From positions 31,320,444 to 31,367,044 of the forward strand of contig NC_090407.1 in assembly GCF_036365525.1 (NCBI RefSeq): 46,601 nucleotides of DNA, given 5' to 3'. The notes below the pieces were generated by a model that saw nothing but the letters and a program-made list of their open reading frames with translations, searched no databases and had not been told where the DNA came from. The position numbers and the translations under genes are program-made. The stretch is from Heterodontus francisci. Taxonomy: Eukaryota. Each line of letters begins with the position of its first letter. Within the stretch, counting starts at the first letter, position 1. Of this stretch, positions 23,226 to 35,690 are shown in pieces.

Positions 23226-25485
23226 TTGGCATGGCCAGGTTTAGAATGACTTCTTTTAGTTTATAGCCTTCAAGACATGGCTTGAAATGGTCACAATCAG
23301 CTGGAGTACAGCGACAGTGCCAGAGCCACATAGTTACCAACCATCTGCTTTGTGTATGTTGATCACGTCTTTCAGGCCCCATTTGTGCAGTTTCGCAGGG
23401 CCTGGAAAACATCTGACTTCAGTGGCTCCCTGTGTGGACAGCATGAACAGGGACTCAAAACATGTGCGGAGGATGGTAACGTGCTGAAGACAATGAAGGC
23501 GTTACATTAGACGTTTTGAACAGAAATGTGACCTCTTCTGATTAATGAATGCTTCCTCTGAGCATTAATCCATAGTCACCCTTGAGCTGGGTCTCCCAGG
23601 TTGCTTGCAGTTAGCGTGGTCATTTTATTGCCTGGTTGAAAAATGACTATCGGAGGGTAAGATGGAGGGAGGAGGAGGGTGAAGAGCAGTTTTCAGTAGC
23701 TGCTTTCTCAGTTGCTGTTGAAAACCCCATTACATTATAAATAAGGCAGGTTAATTTTTTTTTGTTTATTGGTACCAATAGATTTCCAGGTGTTTTTGGA
23801 TGGGGAATCAATAAAAAGTATTTTTCCTGAACTTAAGGAAAAAAAATCCTTGAAGTTTCCCATGTTTTCATACTAAAAATGAGGCCTGGAGAGGTATGCA
23901 AATATCAGGACATGCATGCACATGGTGTTCTATATACAATGATGTGGTCCCTGATGTGATGTGCAGACATCTCTGGACCCAGTTACTGACAGGGAAGGAA
24001 ATGAAGGCTGTGCCAGGGCAAAGCATTAGCTAGGCATAGGGCAAGGGCAGCAGTGTGCTAACTGGTATCACACGATAGCCCCCTCAAGATTGAGGCCATC
24101 AATCAAAGGCTGAGTGAGGTCACAAAGATGCTGCTTACGAAAAGCAAGATTGTCACTGTCCCTCTGTGTTAATCCCCAACAGTTTCTAATTTTGAACTAT
24201 TATAGTTGCAGCTAAGTGGCCAGAATCACAAGAGTCAATGCAGAATCTTCCATTTTACTTTTACACAAAACAAGACTGAATTTGACAGAAACAGATCACC
24301 ATATAGACAGACGATCAATTAGACATTGATTTTATTCACATTACATATGTGTGCATACATTTCAATGCTGTAGCTCCTATTTACCATGAATGACATTTTC
24401 CCCTCGACCTAGAAACACTGGTTTCATGTCAGTACCTCTTTTCCCCAAAATGCATTATTGCTGTTCATTGCCAAAGCTTGCAGTTACTTTCTTCAGCCAC
24501 TAGAAGCCCCTGCTTCACATGAAAAAGGATTTCAGAAAATTCTACGTCCAAGCTAACCTTTCAATGTTTCTCGGGAAACTCAATGTTTCTTGTAGCTCTC
24601 CCTGATGCAGCAAAATATTATGTGTTCAGCGATTATGGTTCAGATAGATTCTGAGATTGGAAGGAATGTGTTATTTTGGAGAATGAATTTTGCAGATTTT
24701 GTGAAGAGCTAAAGAACTAGGAAAAGGAGCCTTGGCCATTAAGGCAGTAAATGTTATACACATCATAACTCTTTGCCAATTGTATTTAACAGGATCATTG
24801 GTATAGACAAAGGATGCGTATGGCCAAATAACAATTGTTCAAATCCAACTAAAGCATTGTACTACTTCCTCGGATTGCAGGTCGTTGCGTCTCTGGCGAA
24901 CTCTGATTGGCAGACTACATGAGGTTGTCCTGCTCAATTAAAACTAGCACAGATATAAGTGACAGCACAGGGGAAATATAGGAATTATTCACAGTTAGAA
25001 CTTCTGGCTGCGGAGTTATTTGTTAATTGTGTCTCACAGATTCATCCCAACCGAGCAGACCAAATAACACAAATGCAGTGTTGTGCAGTGCATGCATTCA
25101 TGGGGGTTGTGGTCAGCTGGAATAAAATCAACCACATTAGCTGCCCCAGCTATTTTTTCTAGTTGGCATTTAATGCAGGACAATATGAATTCATTGCCAG
25201 GAGAGTGAGGGAAGGAGGGGGAGGGAGGAAGAGGGTTGGGTGGGGAGTGGTGGGGAGAGTATATTGTTTGGTATTCCTCAGCTTAAATCCTCTGTTTGCT
25301 GTTACCTCTGCCAGGCTACTGCGTGCACTGTGCTAAGTATCTATTTCCTTTGGCACAATCGGTATGAATAGAATGCCTTTGTCCAATATACTGGGACCTG
25401 CTGGAAAATAGAACTCATGCCACGCTAAGTAAAAATAGTGCAAAGTCGGTTGCAAAAAGCATCGGCTGATCAGTTTGGGGCAAGG

Positions 25486-25620
25486 TTATTGCTCCACGGT
25501 GACAGTGCTGTTGGTGATCCTGGCACCATACCATCCTCCCCAAAACTGTGAGTCCTTTCCTCCATGTGTAAACTTTACATATCGAACACCAGGCCCATAG
25601 TTTGTGAAAGTGTTTGATAT
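25486..25620 (-). CDS. FBA-family F-box gene B (FBXO2-like), last coding exon
   Basis: ttgcag|ISNTFTNYGPGVRYVKFTHGGKDSQFWGGWYGARITNSTVTVEQ-TAA. Spliced CDS is 744 nt (247 aa). Candidate poly(A) signal AATAAA at 24336-24331. Confidence 0.94.
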   Translation of the reverse strand: MSNTFTNYGPGVRYVKFTHGGKDSQFWGGWYGARITNSTVTVEQ

Positions 25621-25892
25621 CTGCAAATCAAGCAAAGCCAATCATTACTGAATGGTTAATTGGGAGTGGTCGCATTCAACAACAACTTGTATTTATATAG
25701 CACCTTTAACATAGCAAGATACTATCAGGCCGAAGTGAGGCATTGTAATTCATGCTGTCAGCCTCCAGCAAATCCTAGGTATAAAAGCAGTTTTTACAAG
25801 TATTCCCCCTTTGAATTCCCTTCCCCTTTAACCACAACATTCCTCACAAGTAAGTGAGGGATTTACTCATTTTTCATTCTTGCCTAATGTAC

Positions 25893-26028
25893 CTCCTTCC
25901 ATTCTGCGTCACTCCACTGTGGGACATGAATTGTGTCAGACTTGTACTCCTCGATCATGCTCATGTCTTCAGACAGAAGTTCGACGTGTAGTTCATAGTC
26001 AAAACCAGAGTCGTGCCTCCCTGCATAC
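25893..26028 (-). CDS. Gene B coding exon 4
   Basis: ccctag|...|gtacat, 136 bp, YAGRHDSGFDYELHVELLSED...VPQWSDAEWKE. Confidence 0.93.
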
Positions 26029-26184
26029 CTAGGGATGAAGAAGAACCATACCTCATGGGCAAATCACAGATATCTTTCAGGAAGCAACTCAGTAGCTATA
26101 CTGAGACATAATGTGGTGTATTCATCAACTTAGACATTGTAATTCAAGAGTTATGAGCAACATTAGCCATGGGGGAGTTCAGAC

Positions 26185-26420
26185 CTAGGGGATAATAAAT
26201 CAAATATGGAACTCAGGAGAAGCTTCTTTACTAAGACAGTGTTGAGAATGTGAACTTGCTACACATGGAGTAGTTGAGGCGACTGGTGTAGATGCCTTTA
26301 TGGAAAGCTTGATAAACCCATGAGGGAGAAAGGAATAGAAGGATATGTTGATAGGATGCTATGAAGCAAGGTTGGGCCGAATGGCCTGTTTCTGTGCTGT
26401 GCATTCTAATTAATTTCTAT
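26185..26420 (+). mobile_element. CR1 LINE 3' end
   Basis: Ends in the tail gttgggccgaatggcctgtttctgtgctgt. Confidence 0.75.
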
Positions 26421-26780
26421 TGCTCTTGGAATGGCTAGAATCTGCAGCACAGTGGTGAGTTATGCTGCTAAGGTGGAGCTATCTTTATTCTCGCCTGCCC
26501 CTTTAATGATCTTTATTCTCATCTGTCCCTTTAAGGCTGCCGTTTAAAGGGTGGGGAAGTGGTTTGAATAAATACATCCTGAGGCTTGCCGTTGCTACAG
26601 ATTGACAGTTGCCTGTAAATGTTCAACTACTGCCCTTGAGGAGGCAGGTTATCAAGGTGAGGAAAAGCAGTCAGAAGTAGCTGGGGGGCTTTTATCCTAT
26701 CCTTTTACTCCTGCACTTTTCATACTTTGAAGCGTGATGCCTGAAATGTGAGGAGCACACACTGCTCTCACAATGTGCCT

Positions 26781-27540
26781 GCCTCTCCCCCCCTCTCCCC
26801 TCAACCCATCTCCCCTCCTCACCTCTGCCCACCTCTCCCCTCATCCCTTTCCATCCTCTGTCCTTTCCCTCCCCTCTTCTCCACCGTCCTCTTCTCTTAC
26901 CTCCTCTCCTCAATCTCCTCTCCTCCACCTTCCTCTCCAGCATCCTCTTTTCCCCTTCCTTCTTCTCCACCTTCCTCTCCTCACCCTCTGCTCCCATTCT
27001 CCTCTCCCCACCTTCCTCACCCCTACCCTCCTTTCACCCCTCCTGTCCCCACCCCTCATCTCACCTCCTCTCCACCTCCACACCTCACCCTCCTCTCCCC
27101 TACCCTCCTCTCACTTCCCTCCTCACCCCTACCTCTCCCCTTCTCTCACCCCACCTCTCCCCTCCCCTTCCCCTCTGCTTCCCTCCCATCCCTCCCCTCT
27201 CTGCCCCTCCTCTCACCTCCCCTCCTGCTCCCCTCCTCTCCTCTCCCCCTTCCCCTCTGCTTCCCTCCCATCCTCTCATCCCTCCCCTCTCTGCCCCTCC
27301 TCTCACCTCCCCTCCTGATCCCCTCCTCTCCTCTCCCCCTTCCCCTCCACTTCCCTCCCATCCTCTCATCACCTCCACCTCCTCTCCTCACCTCTTACCC
27401 ACCTTCCTCTCCCCGCCTAATCCTCTCTCCTCCCCTCCCCTCCCCTCCTTTCACCCCTTCCTCTCCTTACCCTCTCTTCTCACTGTTCCTCTTTACTTCC
27501 CTCCTCTCTCCCTCCCCCACCTTCTTCTCCCCTCACCTCC
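26781..27540. repeat. Polypyrimidine (C/T-rich) low-complexity tract with an internal ~80-90-bp tandem duplication (~27165-27370)
   Basis: Almost no G on the + strand. The block cccctctctgcccctcctctcacctcccctcctg occurs twice. Confidence 0.9.
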
Positions 27541-28434
27541 TACACCTTTTGAAAAGCTGTCATAGGCAAGACTGATCGGTTCCCTGATCTAGAGTCATAG
27601 AGTCATTTACGGCATAGAAGGAGGCCATTCGGCCCATCGAATCCATGCTGGCTCTCCATGGAGCAATCCAGTCAGTACCACTCCGCACCCCTCCCCCCCA
27701 CCCCCGATCTGTACTTAAACTACAGTGAACTCTAATCCATTTAATGAGAACAATTGGGATTCAGATTGTGTAATAAGTATAAGGATGAGTAAAGAGTTGA
27801 TAAGCAACCATACCCTATTTGTACAATGTCATCAATGTATGGTTAATGTTAGTGTTTGGCAGAGCATGAATTGTAAATTTAACACTAAGCAGAACTGACA
27901 ATACAAAAATGATTGGACACGGAGACGCAATTTTGCTTCTCTTCCAAGTCTCCCTTCTTCCCTTGTTTAAAGGCACTCAGTCAGACTGGGGTCCAGGTCA
28001 AGAGGTGCCCACAACACCCAGGGGTCCTTGTCAACATGGCTGAGTGTTACCAGGTTGGACAGCGAGTGTCACTAGTTAGTCAGCTATAGAAGGCATGGCA
28101 GCCGAACCCAATCCTGTCCTGACATCGTGTCTGCAGACACAGTGTTTCAGGAAATCCTGGTCGATTGTTTATCCTCTCTTGATCTCATCCATGTTAATTG
28201 TAGCTATCCAGTCTTAAACCTGTTAACTCAGAGCAGCCCAACAACCAAACTTGGAACGTTCTTGGTCTGCACAGATTAGCGTGATTGCGTATGAAGCATT
28301 TGCCCACTAAGCTAAGGTACAATTTTGCAATGTACATAAGGAGACAGGTGCATCCCATTGAAGTTCCACTCAGATGTGGGCAGTATTATCCATTGTAACT
28401 GACTGAATGACATTGTGTTTTCCAGCTTGCTTAC

Positions 28435-28530
28435 CAGTCCTTCACAGTAATAGGAGGCTGAACGTTGTCCAGTGTCTCTGCTTCAAATCCTTCGGAGACC
28501 AGGTTAATTAGTTGAGATTTTTGGCACCAT
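28435..28530 (-). CDS. Gene B coding exon 3
   Basis: tattag|...|gtaagc, 96 bp, WCQKSQLINLVSEGFEAETLDNVQPPITVKDW. Confidence 0.93.
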
Positions 28531-28789
28531 CTAATAAAGAGAAAAATGCAACAACTGAAGACAGCTCTTAATAGCTGTTAATAAAGATGCTGTATATTGC
28601 TGTTAGTAGGGCAGCTGCTTAGGCCTGAGTTTGAACAACTGCTTCATGCACTTCTGCTACATTGTCTCAGGCTCATCAACCACAAAACAGAGACTGAACA
28701 GCTGGGGACTAGCCGAGTTTGACATCATCCTCACCTCTGGCACCTGAGTAAATGTCTCACCTATCTGTTGGCTATAAGAGTCCAAGGAT

Positions 28790-29470
28790 AATGAAATCCT
28801 ACAGCACAGAAGGAGACCATTCAGCCCATTGTGCCTGTGCTGGCTCTTTGAAAGAGCTATGCAATCCCACTCTTTCTCCATCTTTTCACTTTTCATGCAT
28901 ACATCCAAAGTACTTGATAATTAAACTGGTAACAACCATTATGTGCTTTTGGCAAAACTGCTTCACAAACGGTCCTTGAGAAAACTAGAAGTTACAACTT
29001 TTCTCAAGGAACATTTCCTAGAATCTCGTGGAACAACTTTTTCCCTCTGCATCTAAATTAATAGTGATAAGAATGAAAGAAAAGCAGACATACAGGACTA
29101 AATCTTTGCTATATATCCAATTCCCTTTTGAACGTTACGATTGATTGTGCTTCCCAACCCTTTCAGCCAGTGCATTCCAGATCACAACAACTCGCATCAT
29201 GAGAAAATCTCTCATCTCCCCTTGTGGTTCTTTTGCCAATTACCTTAAATCTGTTTCCTCTTGGTACTGACTTTCCTGTCAGTGGAAAGTTTCTCCCTAT
29301 CTACTTTATCAGAACTCTCCATAATATTGCACATAATTAAATCTCACCTTAACCTTGTCTGCTCTAAGGAGAACAAGCCCAGTTTCTCCAATCTCCCCAT
29401 GTAAGTGAAGTCCATTATCCCTGGTATCACTCTAGTAAATCTCCTCTCCACCCTCTGAAGTCCTATGCTT
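28790..29470 (-). mobile_element. CR1 LINE 3' fragments (tail ~28790-28880; ORF2 end ~29110-29470)
   Basis: LQRVERRFTRVIPG...RLEKLGLFSLEQTRLR, plus the tail gggctgaatggtctccttctgtgctgta. Confidence 0.75.
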
Positions 29471-29659
29471 ATTTCTGAGGGACCAATAAGGGTGATACTG
29501 GATTGCCCCAGTGTCATCGACAGGAAAACAATTCTCTGAGCACCCCTCTTGTGAGGAGGCATGACCAATAGAATACTTTAAACATAAAGTCTTATTTGAA
29601 TAAAAAGAAAAATTATAATCGAAACCATAATGTTGTTGGCTGTGCCAACCAGGCACTCT

Positions 29660-29960
29660 TTTTCACTCGTTCTTGGGACGTGAGCGTTGTTGACAAGGCC
29701 AGCATTTATTAACCCTCCCTAATTGCCCTCGAGAATGTGGTGGTGAGTCGCCATTGCAGTACATGTGGTATAGGCAGGCCCACAGTGCTGTTAGGGAAGG
29801 AGTTCCAGGATTTTGCCCCAGTGACGATGAGGGAATGGTGATATAGTTTCAAGTTAGGATGGGTGTGTGGAGGAACTTGCAGGTGGTGGTGTTCCCATGT
29901 GTCTGCTAGGTGGTAGAGGTCACAGATTTGGATGATGCTGTTGAATGAGGTGTGGTGAGT
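29660..29960 (-). mobile_element. 5'-truncated copy of the 39317-42512 LINE family
   Basis: Collinear with 39320-39640. Confidence 0.8.
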
Positions 29961-30254
29961 TGCTATTCCCTGAACGGCCCACCAGTCACAGAGGATAAGT
30001 ATCCCATGCGCATTGAATGTGCAAAATTTCAAAACAGTTCATTCCAGGTAAGGGTGAAGACCTACAGCTACCTCTAATTCAGTATTAATTGGTAATTTCA
30101 GTCAACATGAACAATGCAAAATGCTCCACGATGAGGTACTCCTCTGTTGTTGGTGTTCAGGCACGTTGCAGGTTGCAGAGAGGATAAAGCTTAGCCATGC
30201 TCTCCAAAGGGGTGTCCAAGCTTCTGTCTTCCTGGGCCACACTGTAAGTATGAT

Positions 30255-30640
30255 CATGTAGTGGTTATATTACTGGACCAGTAATCCAGAAAACATCAAC
30301 TCGATTTGCACTGTGGCAATTTTAGAATTTGAAATCAGGTAAAATAAATCCTGAAATAGGGCAGGAAAACAAATGACTATGAAGCTGTGGTCATTGGATT
30401 GTCATAAAAACTCAACTGGTTCATGAATGCCCTTTCGAGAAGGAACCGGTTATCCTCTGAACTGCCCTATGAATGGCCCAGCAAAGTACTCAGTTGAATC
30501 ACACCATTGCAAAGAACAACAAGAATATATAGAAGTACAAGAAGAAGGTCCATTAGCAGCTTCTCAGGACATCTAGGAATGGGCAATAAATGCCAACCTT
30601 ATCAGTGATGCCCACATCTGGAGAATGAATCATTAAAAGA
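30255..30640 (+). mobile_element. Older, diverged relative of the 9961-10352 SINE
   Basis: gtagtggttatattactggaccagtaatccaga head, ctggttca body and gggcaataaatgcc...tgcccacatc tail. Confidence 0.7.
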
Positions 30641-31801
30641 AAATGACTGGGTCTAATTATGGCTACTGTCCTGTACGTTCACTTACAGCTTATTGGTTTG
30701 TATCAGGCCTCATCTCAACAAGTGTTCACTCAAATCCAGCTTTGGAGAGATTGACGAATGAATGACACGCATGACATGGCCCAGATGCCAATGGGATATT
30801 ACTATTACAGCCTCTATGCTAGTTGATATAAGGCATTGTGAGCCAAGGTAAGACACTCAGATCACTGATGGGAGTGACTGATGCCACTGAACTCCAGAAA
30901 GCATAGCAGGTCAGACTTTGTAACACATGAGAAAACAAGTCTAGACGTAGCAAAAGCATGGATAATGGTGGCAGTTGTGGCTGAGGTAAGGGTGGAGCTG
31001 AGCATTGTTGCAGAGGCATGGTATAGGATGTGAAATTTGAAGCTCAGGTCTGGTTAAGCAGGTTGCCAAGGTTTCAGCTGAACGACTGGCAGGGGGAGGG
31101 GGAGGGTGATGGAGTCAATAGCAAGGCAGCAGGGTTTCTGGTGCTGTCTTCTCAATGTTCAGCTGGAGGATGTAATGATTAATGCATGATTTAACATTAA
31201 ACTGTCTGTCAGACAGCACAAGGGGTGGTGGTGGGGGTGAGGGAGGCTGATCCCATGCCAGCAGATAATGTTACTGATGGGCAGCAGACAGATAAGGAAG
31301 AGGAGTGGGCTAAGGATCTTTGGGGAACTCTAGACATGACTGTGTGTGTGCGGTGCGGGGGAGGAGGGACGGGGTGGGGGTGTTGGGCAATTGCAGTGAC
31401 TGAGCTAGGTTGGAATGACTGGGTTGTGAAGGGGATCCAACTCAAGAGTTGGCCAGCTGGCAGAGGGGGAACTGGCGAGGGCTGAGTTACCTACTCCAAA
31501 CCTGCAACCTGAAGGCAGGTAACAGAGGTTTCTAGAAGTGAAACAGGGTTGGTCCTCCAAAGCCACATGGGCCAACCTCAAAATAATTTGGGAGGTCATG
31601 ACCACCCTCACTCCCCAACACCTCCCCATGGGCTCCACCACTGGGTGATTGGACCATTGCTGAAAATGTGCTGGCTATGTTTGGACAGGTAAGAGTGGAA
31701 CCAGGTGAAGGTGGACCCACAGAGCTGGACAAATGAAAAAAGAGGAGCTTTGCTGACACAGTAACTCATCGACCTCTGTAGGATATTCTTGGAATTCTTA
31801 C

Positions 31802-31928
31802 TCGAAAGATGTAACAAAATATTTTTGGATGTTTTGATTAGGAAAGGGCTTCCCACTGTCTCCTGGAAGATCTTCAACTTTCCATCCATCTCCATCATTA
31901 TCTGTAAGTACCCAGAAGTTGAATTCTT
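31802..31928 (-). CDS. Gene B coding exon 2
   Basis: tcacag|...|gtaaga, 127 bp, EEFNFWVLTDNDGDGWKVEDLPGDSGKPFPNQNIQKYFVTSFE. Confidence 0.93.
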
Positions 31929-32334
31929 CTGTGAAAATTGGAAAAGACAAATTGTTACTCCATACATCACTTGGATAATTTATACATTTTTAAATTTCGA
32001 GAATGTTATGTGTTCCCTATACACTTATCTATTTCCTTTTAAGGAGATGCAATTATCTTTTTGTTTGTTTTTCTTTCCCATCCAATCTTTCGAATTCACC
32101 ATCTCTCCTGAGGTTGGTGACTTGTGCTGGATGTGGTTTCCAGGCCTTTGGCACCTTACCCAATGACCATTCTGTCAGTAAAGGACAGTGAAACCCAGGG
32201 TCTGATAGGCTGATGGGTGTGGCAAAGCCAAGCTCCACTTTGCCCTCAACCAACATCCACACATAAGCTGTTTCAGCACAGGATGTTGAATAGCGAACAG
32301 GGACAGGAATCCTACCTAATCTTTCTTATTTTTG

Positions 32335-32797
32335 TCAGCCATGACTCCGTGGTTAGCATTCTCACCTCTCAGTCAGAAGGTTGTGAGTTCAAGGTCCACT
32401 CCAGAGATTTTGAGCACATGATCTGTGCTGACACTCCACTGCAGTACTGAGTGAGTGCTGCACTGCTGGAGGAACGGTCTTTTGGATGAGATGTTAAACT
32501 GAGACCCCGTCTGCCCTCTCAGGTGGATGTAAAAGATCCTATGGCATTGTTTAGAAGAGCAGCAAAACTCACCCTGGTCAATATTTATCCCTCAACCAAC
32601 ATCACTAAAACTGATTATCTGGTCATGTATCTCATTGATGTCTATGGAAGCTTGCTGTGCACGATTTGGCTGCCACGCTTCCTAGATTACAATAGCAACT
32701 ACACTTCAAAAGTACTCAATTGCATGTAAAGTGCTTTGGGACATCCTGAGGTCCTGAAAGGTGCTATATCAATGCAAGTTTTTAAATTTCTTTCTTT
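32335..32797 (+). mobile_element. Deu-domain SINE, full length
   Basis: tRNA-like head (gtggttagc...gagttcaaggtcc), Deu-type body and tail aaaggtgctatatcaatgcaag. Confidence 0.85.
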
Positions 32798-32894
32798 TGC
32801 CTCCCTGCACTACGGGTGGGTGCTACGACGGCCAACTGTAACAACCCTTTTACCATGCTGAATGGGATTGAATAGCTTAGTAGAAATAAGCGAT

Positions 32895-33250
32895 CAATTT
32901 TGGGTGTTGATCTGATCGAGGTGTTTAAGATGATCAAAGAATTCCAGAGAGTCGATGCAGAGAACCTACTTCCTCTAGCAAGGGAATCAAGAATGGGAGG
33001 AACAATCTTAAAATTAGAGCTAGGGCATTTAAGAGAGAAATCAAAGGGTCATGTAAATCTGCAATTCTCAAATGGCTTGTGGTTGCCTGGACAATTGGAG
33101 CTTTCAATAAAGAGATCGATAGATTTTTGTTGAGTAAGGATATCAAAGGATCTTTAGCTAAGGTGGGTAAATGGAGTTGAGGTACAGATCAGCCAGGATC
33201 TAATTGAGCTCGAGGGGCTGAATGGCCCATTATTGTTCCTAATATTCCTG
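32895..33250 (+). mobile_element. CR1 LINE 3' end
   Basis: DLIEVFKMIK followed by the tail gaggggctgaatggccc. Confidence 0.8.
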
Positions 33251-33374
33251 TGGATCCCTTTATATTTCAAAGCCACTCCAGCTAGGGAGTTACCGGGACC
33301 ATTCAATGCACATGCAAAGAGAAAACAAGCATGATTCTGTCGAACATACATGACCACAAGTTTCTGGGACAAAC

Positions 33375-33624
33375 CTTCTCCACATGGGTTCTTGATTAGA
33401 TTTTTTTTCACAGGTGTACAAAAATAAAATGCATCCCAGTCTTCTGTCTTTATATCCTGCTTTTGTTTTGGCAAATCGTCATCTTGAAATTGTAGGTTTA
33501 GTCCATCCACAAGCTCCTTCCACTGTTGACAGACGAGTCTACAGATGAAAACCAACTCTTTTTGAGGGATGTAGGAAAGGATTTTGAGCAAAACCTGCTC
33601 AGGTAAAGACTCTATGGCGGCCAT
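33375..33624 (-). CDS. Gene B coding exon 1: F-box and linker
   Basis: Acceptor ttacag|33660, ATG at 33624, MAAIESLPEQVLLKILSYIPQKELVFICRLVCQQWKELVDG...KKNLIKNPCGE, donor G|gtttgt (phase 1). Confidence 0.92.
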
Positions 33625-33774
33625 ATTATTCAATGGCTTCTGGTCAAGCGTCTGCTTCAGCTGTAAAGAATATTTCAGAGAGATTAGTTTAGATTTTGAC
33701 AAAAGGTGGACATCATGGCATATGACATCAGCAGAACTATTTGGCTTAACAAGTTAGTTTAAAACAGTAGAAGC

Positions 33775-34160
33775 AGAACATAGAATTACATAGAATGTAA
33801 CGCACAGATATGGGATACTTGGCTCAACAGGACAATCCTGGTCCACATGAGCCTCCTCCCATCCTTCTTCATTTAACCCCTATCAGCATATCCTTCTATT
33901 CCTTGCTCCCTGATGATTTTATGTAGTTTCACCTCAACCACTCCATGTGGTAGTGAATTCCACATTCTTTGGGTAATGAAGTTTCTCCTGAATTCCCTGT
34001 TGGATTTGTTACTGAATATCATATATTTATGACCCCCAGTTTTGGTCCTGCCCACAGGTAGGAACATTTTCTCTGTGTCTACCCTGTCAAACCGTTGCAT
34101 GATCTTAAAGATCTCTATCAGGTTACCCCTCAGCCTTATTGTTTCTGGAGAAGAAACCCG
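33775..34160 (-). mobile_element. CR1 LINE 3' end
   Basis: FDRVDTEKMFL..TKTGGHKY..FRRNFITQRMWNSLP and a short-repeat tail. Confidence 0.8.
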
Positions 34161-34289
34161 GCCTGTAAAATTTAGGGTTTGAAAACTTCAGTTGGAGCCT
34201 GAAAGAAATATTGGGACATAAGAAGGGGGTAAGCTTCTTTCAACTTGCTGCCCAGGCATAGAACTGGAAGCATAATATTACAAAAGAGG

Positions 34290-34730
34290 TATTAATGGAT
34301 TAAGTAAATGAGCAAAACTGTGGCAAATGGATTTCAATATAGGCAAGTGTGTGGTCACTCACTTAGGATCAAAAAAGGGCAGAACAGCAGATATTTTAAC
34401 CTGTGAAATGCTAGAAACAATGGCGATCCAAAGAGATTTGGGGGTCCTAGTATATAGATTGTTAAAATCTACAGAAACTAATCAAAAAGGCTAATGGAAT
34501 GCTGGTCTATCTAGGAGGACTAGAACACAAGGGGGTAGAAGTCATGCTTCAGTTATACAAGCCCTGGTTAGACCACACCTGGAGTACTGTGAGCAATTCT
34601 GGGCACCACGCCTTACGGAGGATATATTGGCCTTGGAGGGAGCGCAGTGTAGATCTACCAGAATGATACCTGGACTCCGAGGTGTAAATTATGAGGCGAC
34701 ATTGCATAAACTAGGATTGTATTCCCTGGA
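34290..34730 (+). mobile_element. CR1 LINE ORF2 fragment
   Basis: ctggttagaccacacctggagtactgt (LVRPHLEYC), ALEGAQCR. Confidence 0.85.
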
Positions 34731-35090
34731 ATGTTATAACAGGTGTCCATTCTACAATGGCGGTTTGACATCCAGGTGCAAGTTGAAAATCTAACCCAAG
34801 GTTCCACCTGAGAGGGAGAGAGATGGGGAAAGTTGAAGAGGAAGTTGATCCACACGATATACCTCAGAGTGAGAGTTTGGCAGAAGTAGGTGGGAGATAA
34901 GATCATGACATGAATTCTGATGTTTGCTTTGTAGATTGTGAAAATTAATTGAACATCTTTGAAGATACTCCAGTTGTCTGCATGTATGCATAGGGATTGG
35001 AGCTGGTTTAATCTCATATGATTAAAGGTTTTCCTTTCTTTTGACTTACAAATGGCCTGTGAATTTGTACTGTAGCTAGAAATAATGAAA

Positions 35091-35690
35091 TGGGCTGGAA
35101 TTTTACTCCACCCGTGGGAGTGGGCTGGAGGTGGTGGGGCGGGGGTTGGCGGGATAGGGTGCGTAAAATTGAGTGGGAGGCGTGGGTGCCGTTCTCGTCG
35201 CCTTCTACCACCTCCCCACCGATGCAATTTTGCGGCAGCAGAGGTAACAAGCAGCCTGTTCACCCCAGGCAAATTAAAGCCCTTAAATGGCCAATTAATT
35301 GCCACTTAAGGGACTCCTCCTGCTGGCACTGGTATATTACCAGTGGAGGACGGGTGGTTCAGTAGCTCAGAAGGCTGCCCAGTAAAACCTGGCAGCCTCC
35401 TTGCGGGCTGTTGGGGACCCTCCTGATAGAGGGACCCCCTCCGTGGCACAAGCCGTCCGCACTGGAGCACCTCCCCCCCCTTTCGATTGACACCCCCCCA
35501 CCTAACCATCCCAGCCAATTGTCCCCAGCAAGGCCCCACACACTTGCCTGTATTCCGGGACATTGTCCATGTGCTGGACCTGGCTAGGTGCAGTCCCAGC
35601 AGTGGCCACCACTCCCAGCAGAGGTGGGCTCACCACTGACTTTTTCTGCTGATGGGCGGGGCCTTCGGCCCGATGTAAAATTCTGGCCCA
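35091..35690. mobile_element. MITE-like non-autonomous DNA element with terminal inverted repeats
   Basis: tgggctggaattttac (35091-35106) pairs with gtaaaattctggccca (35675-35690) at 14/16 positions. GC-rich interior. A similar end occurs at ~44730. Confidence 0.7.

Noticed and set aside
26692-27575. Pro/Ser/Leu-rich and Gly/Arg/Glu-rich ORFs
   Set aside because: Translations of a low-complexity tract that lacks stop codons.
34655-35563. 216-aa and neighbouring ORFs
   Set aside because: They span MITE and CR1 fragments, with no recognisable protein.
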